Below are positions 62,643 to 64,000 of a stretch of DNA of 64,000 nt, piece by piece. Made by a program: the position numbers and the translations under genes. Location: positions 2,295 through 66,294 of the forward strand of contig JBKDRW010000597.1 in NCBI GenBank assembly GCA_046341255.1, in the 5' to 3' direction. This stretch comes from Planctomycetota bacterium (GTDB taxonomy: Bacteria; Planctomycetota; Planctomycetia; Planctomycetales; Planctomycetaceae). Under the pieces are notes generated by a model, which was not told where the DNA came from, searched no databases, and saw nothing but the letters and a program-made list of their open reading frames with translations. Within the stretch, counting starts at the first letter, position 1, and each line of letters begins with the position of its first letter.

Positions 62643-62750
62643 GTCGGGCTTGCGGAGTTAATAAGCTGCTGGGTTTCCGGGATCTGCTGCATTGGCGGCG
62701 GAAAGTTCTGTGTTCTGCTGCGAGCATTATGGCTCTGCGAAAGAAGGAAC

Positions 62751-63227
62751 ATGGTTGCTGAGGAAACGGTGCTGACGATTGACGAAGTCAATCAGCGTCT
62801 TCCGCTTGTGAAGGCGATTGTGAAAGATATTGTCGGGCTGCATTCCGATCTTGAGCTGCGGAAGCAGCGGCTGGGTTCTCTGCGCGAGCGTCACCCGGCA
62901 TCGAAGAATGCAGATTCCGTTTACGAGCAGGAAGTTCGGCAGATGGAAGAGGAGCTGTCTGCAGATGAGTCTCGTCTGCAACACTTCTCTGAAGAGTTGC
63001 TGCAGATTGGCGGGATTCTTCGGGATGCTCGCGCGGGTCGGGTGGATTTTCCCGGTGAGCTGTCTGGTGAGAGAGTGAGTTTTTGCTGGCAGGTTGGTGA
63101 AGAGGAATTGCAGTACTGGCATGCGGGTGATTGTGGTGAATCCAGCCGGGTTTCGCTGTTTCATGAGATGGGCAGTGGCGAGTCGGGTTTGTCACAGGAG
63201 GCTGGGCACGAGTCGCTCGGCGAATGA
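62751..63227 (+). CDS. DUF2203 domain protein
   Basis: LTIDEVNQRLPLVKAIVKDI at the N-terminus and GRVDFPGEL.GERVSFCWQVGEEELQYWH near the C-terminus match my recollection of DUF2203. Confidence 0.55.
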   Translation: MVAEETVLTIDEVNQRLPLVKAIVKDIVGLHSDLELRKQRLGSLRERHPASKNADSVYEQEVRQMEEELSADESRLQHFSEELLQIGGILRDARAGRVDFPGELSGERVSFCWQVGEEELQYWHAGDCGESSRVSLFHEMGSGESGLSQEAGHESLGE

Positions 63228-63299
63228 CGTGTCTGCTGATGTTGGTGAGTATTGAGTCCTGACTTGAGTCAGGATCAGTGCTGAAAAGGGATTCGTTCG

Positions 63300-63848
63300 A
63301 TGACAGATCTGGTCGGTCATTTTCTGGTGTTTGGACTGCTCGCCATCGGTTTTCTGATGGCGCCGCTGCTGATTGGGCGTCTGGTTCGTCCCAAGCTGCC
63401 AACTCCTGAGAAGGACTCGATTTACGAGTGTGGCGAGCCGGCGATCGGATCGAGCTATATTCAGTTTGACCTGCGATTTTACGTCGTCGCGTTGTTGTTC
63501 ATTATTTTCGACGTGGAAATTGCGTTCTTCTTTCCGTGGGCGTCGGTTTATGGAAGCGCTATGCAACTGGCTGATACACGAGTCGTTGGTGAGGCAAGAA
63601 CGGAACTCAGTGCCCGATTGCTGAATACAGATCCGGCAACTCTGTCTCCGGACCAGGTGATTTCGGCAGCGGATGCCCTTCAGGTTGGCTGGATCGGTCT
63701 GGCAGACATTCTGGTCTTCTTCGGAGTCCTGCTGGTGGGTTTCGCTTATGTCTGGAAGCGGGGCGACCTCGAATGGATTCGCGCGGTTGCGAAGAAATCA
63801 AGTCAGGCGGCCGACCAGACCGTGGCGTTCAAGTCGCAGGGATCATGA
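63300..63848 (+). CDS. nuoA: NADH-quinone oxidoreductase subunit A (with loop insertion)
   Basis: KDSIYECGEPAIGSSYIQFDLRFYVVALLFIIFDVEIAFFFPWA is the NuoA signature. Confidence 0.85.
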   Translation: MTDLVGHFLVFGLLAIGFLMAPLLIGRLVRPKLPTPEKDSIYECGEPAIGSSYIQFDLRFYVVALLFIIFDVEIAFFFPWASVYGSAMQLADTRVVGEARTELSARLLNTDPATLSPDQVISAADALQVGWIGLADILVFFGVLLVGFAYVWKRGDLEWIRAVAKKSSQAADQTVAFKSQGS

Positions 63849-63910
63849 TCTGTTGAGATGTGATCGATGAAGCCTGTCAGGTTTCGATGCTGTTGGAAAT
63901 GGGGCGATTG

Positions 63911-64000
63911 ATGAACATTGAGGCGATTCATTCACTTCTCGTGGAGAAGTTCGGCGAAGCAGCCGTTGGCAGCGGACCCCACAAGGCGATCGATCCATGG
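63911..64000 (+). CDS. 5' end of an ORF running off the window; NuoC-like N-terminus
   Basis: MNIEAIHSLLVEKFGEAAVGSGPHKAIDPW resembles NuoC starts (L..kFG.a......dpW). In-frame alternative starts exist at 63860, 63887 and 63899. Only 30 codons are visible. Confidence 0.35.
   Translation, partial: MNIEAIHSLLVEKFGEAAVGSGPHKAIDPW

Noticed and set aside
1-64000. Search for tRNA, rRNA, CRISPR arrays, transposases, integrases, phage genes and toxin-antitoxin pairs
   Set aside because: None were recognised by eye in any intergenic region or ORF translation. A GGTTCGA string at about 8115 lacks the flanking tRNA arms.

Overview
The window is a 64-kb chromosomal segment that I infer comes from a member of the Planctomycetota. 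It carries two DUF1559 proteins with pilin-type N-termini, DUF1573 Ig-like proteins, PQQ-like propellers, a giant CxxCH/LamG/propeller protein, an arylsulfatase and a DUF2341/LamG-sialate esterase. I saw no rRNA, tRNA, CRISPR array, transposase or integrase.

Housekeeping genes are scattered among accessory genes: tatC, ilvE, pheT, an HU/IHF-like gene, ruvX, ilvN, an RND pump, and nuoI / DUF2203 / nuoA plus a possible nuoC start.

Three loci deserve a second look:
- **52.9-61.8 kb:** a translationally coupled five-gene locus. It contains a RavA/MoxR-type AAA+ ATPase, a probable vWA protein with a beta-rich C-terminus, a roughly 1000-aa protein with TPR-like and beta-rich regions, and two small unknowns. 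No effector domain is recognisable. A 33-nt hairpin motif occurs twice, once in the leader and once inside gene 3.
- **0.2-4.2 kb and 16.1-20.4 kb:** a paralogous cassette present twice. Each copy encodes an unknown secreted protein, an extracytoplasmic stand-alone C39-like cysteine peptidase, a DUF1573 protein and a DUF1559 pseudopilin-like protein. The C39 and DUF1573 parts are fused in one copy and split in the other. The complete copy is headed by a 12-Cys protein with a near-consensus double-glycine leader motif.
- **38.4-40.9 kb:** a fusion of a PqqD-like domain, an M50 (site-2) protease and a HlyD adaptor, with no ABC partner nearby.

A structured intergenic repeat of about 110 nt occurs twice, in opposite orientations.

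All family calls come from motif recognition by eye on the supplied translations. No database search, HMM or structure prediction was run. Start codons were refined only where an in-frame Met, an SD-like run or the onset of homology supported the change.
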